DNA of 64,000 bases, taken from the NCBI GenBank assembly GCA_973895155.1, contig OZ316895.1, positions 5,149,181-5,213,180 on the forward strand, in the 5' to 3' direction. Of the stretch, positions 62,794-64,000 are shown one piece after another. Position 1 is the stretch's first letter. Every line of letters begins with the position of its first letter. The translations under genes were made by a program, and so were the position numbers. Under the pieces are notes generated by a model. That model was given only the letters and a program-made list of their open reading frames with translations, searched no databases and was not told the DNA's origin. Source of the DNA: Marsupella aquatica (Eukaryota > Plantae > Marchantiophyta).

Positions 62794-64000
62794 ATGGCTC
62801 AAAATATCGTTGTCATGAGGAAGGACACTCTGGATGTAATCACAATTCCCGTTCTCAAATCATCTGAATCAAAGCGTGTTTCAGAGGAATATTTGGGAGT
62901 GAGATTTGATGTCACCAAGGAGTCTATTTTAGCGATCTCGTTAGTGTCGGTTTGTTTGGGGGAGACTCCAGTTTTCTATGATGTTGTTCATGGTCTAAGA
63001 TATTGGACTCTGGAGGCTCAGAAAGAATATGAGGTTTTTGTTTTGAGAGATTCTGGGGCCTCCTATACTCGTCCTCCCACAGTGGCTGAACTCGATGTCA
63101 TCGAACTCTCGGAAAGTTCTGGAGATGATAAGCAAGCGACAATTACTCTCGGAGAGAAGATTCCAGTTTACCCATCCGAGGTTAAAAAGGAGTCTAATGC
63201 GGATCGAGAAATGATTGTGCCTTTGACTGTGTACCGACAGAGTGCAATGGATACAATCTTGAAATCCAAAGGTCATAGTGAATTGTCTCGGTTTATAAGG
63301 GGGAGTGATTTTGTTCATCACGTAGTGCCTAGTCTTCCCACATCTTACAATGGGAATGTGGTTTTTGAGTTACCCCCGGTAGACTGTGTGAACGCAAAAG
63401 GTGAACGTTTGAAAGATATGGATCGTGGTAAGGATTGTTATTATTGGACTCAGATTGTGAAAACGTCTTCAAATGTTCTTCCGAAGAAAATGTGGGATTT
63501 CGGGAAAGTCCAGTGTACGGGATCGCTGCAGTGTCGAAATAATGCTTGTCCGTGGTGGAAAGACAACAAGTTTCGAAATAATGAGATGTGGGCAAGAACC
63601 CCAAAACTTTCGGGCCCATTCAGAGTTGGGGAATTGATCTCCGAAGGTGGAGTTGTTTGTCACCATTGCTCCGAACCTCCGATGTGCGTTGAGGCCTGCC
63701 CTGCTCTAATGTTCTACATGTATCCATCTGCAAAAGTTGACGTTAAGTCTTTGGCCCACATGTCGCGACTAGCTGTTCATATGGGATTTCACAATCATCC
63801 CAGTGAACGGGTCTTTTCGAGGGAGGCAGAAAACGTTGCAAAGTCTCATCTGGAGAAGGGATTCACTGCAAACCCGATGGCATCCCCAGTAGGGATTAAA
63901 AATTCTGCGATTGAGACACTGACGAATACATTTTGTGAGGCCTCTGTTGAAGAAATCTCTCTTGAAGAAGAGAAGGAAATTTGGGAGTCCCTGATGGTCA
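62794..64000 (+). CDS. N-terminal part of a putative Mutator-like transposase with a GCM/WRKY-type zinc DNA-binding domain (runs off the window)
   Basis: Frame open from ATG 62794 to the window end; it is missing from the ORF track because it has no stop. It reads DCYYWTQ..KVQCTGSLQCRNNACP..CHHCSEPPMCVEACPA..RLAVHMGFHNHP, with Cys/His spacing like the GCM domain. Confidence 0.65.
   Translation, partial: MAQNIVVMRKDTLDVITIPVLKSSESKRVSEEYLGVRFDVTKESILAISLVSVCLGETPVFYDVVHGLRYWTLEAQKEYEVFVLRDSGASYTRPPTVAELDVIELSESSGDDKQATITLGEKIPVYPSEVKKESNADREMIVPLTVYRQSAMDTILKSKGHSELSRFIRGSDFVHHVVPSLPTSYNGNVVFELPPVDCVNAKGERLKDMDRGKDCYYWTQIVKTSSNVLPKKMWDFGKVQCTGSLQCRNNACPWWKDNKFRNNEMWARTPKLSGPFRVGELISEGGVVCHHCSEPPMCVEACPALMFYMYPSAKVDVKSLAHMSRLAVHMGFHNHPSERVFSREAENVAKSHLEKGFTANPMASPVGIKNSAIETLTNTFCEASVEEISLEEEKEIWESLMV

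Larger units (their letters stand above)
41150..64000. mobile_element. Large putative Mutator-like DNA transposon (left end ~41150, right end beyond window), interrupted by an LTR element at 45267-60041
   Basis: Abrupt break of gypsy pol at ~41150, followed by a G-rich start and subterminal heptamers. A shared palindromic motif runs from 41305 to 62618, and a GCM-like ORF starts at 62794. The superfamily is inferred, since no DDE domain or second end is visible. Confidence 0.6.

Overview
Land-plant nuclear DNA; a non-seed plant is possible, but the taxon cannot be fixed from this window. The left ~35 kb is gene-rich, with six intron-containing genes: an NRAMP metal transporter (-), plastid ribosomal protein S20 (+), a class I glutamine amidotransferase/gamma-glutamyl peptidase (-), D-cysteine desulfhydrase (-), proteasome alpha-type-1 subunit (+) and PsbP (-). 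It also holds tRNA-derived SINEs and a 36-bp tandem array. The right ~26 kb is a three-level transposon nest. (1) A decayed Ty3/gypsy pol whose integrase ends in a PHD finger is cut at ~41150. (2) The interrupting element is a large putative Mutator-like DNA element running off the window. It carries a GCM/WRKY-like zinc-domain ORF, a divergent spliced gene fusing a ParB/Srx-like domain to a beta-class N6A/N4C DNA-methyltransferase-like domain, and 14 copies of a 15-bp palindrome TAGCGY-YNR-RCGCTA found only in introns and non-coding DNA. (3) That gene is interrupted by a very young, intact 14.8-kb Athila-like LTR retrotransposon (TSD CGTAG) whose two 4.08-kb LTRs each contain a complete 618-aa ORF. 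The best candidate for an undescribed system is the ParB-MTase plus dispersed-palindrome element; the LTR-embedded gene is second. All domain calls come from reading motifs by eye, not from database searches.
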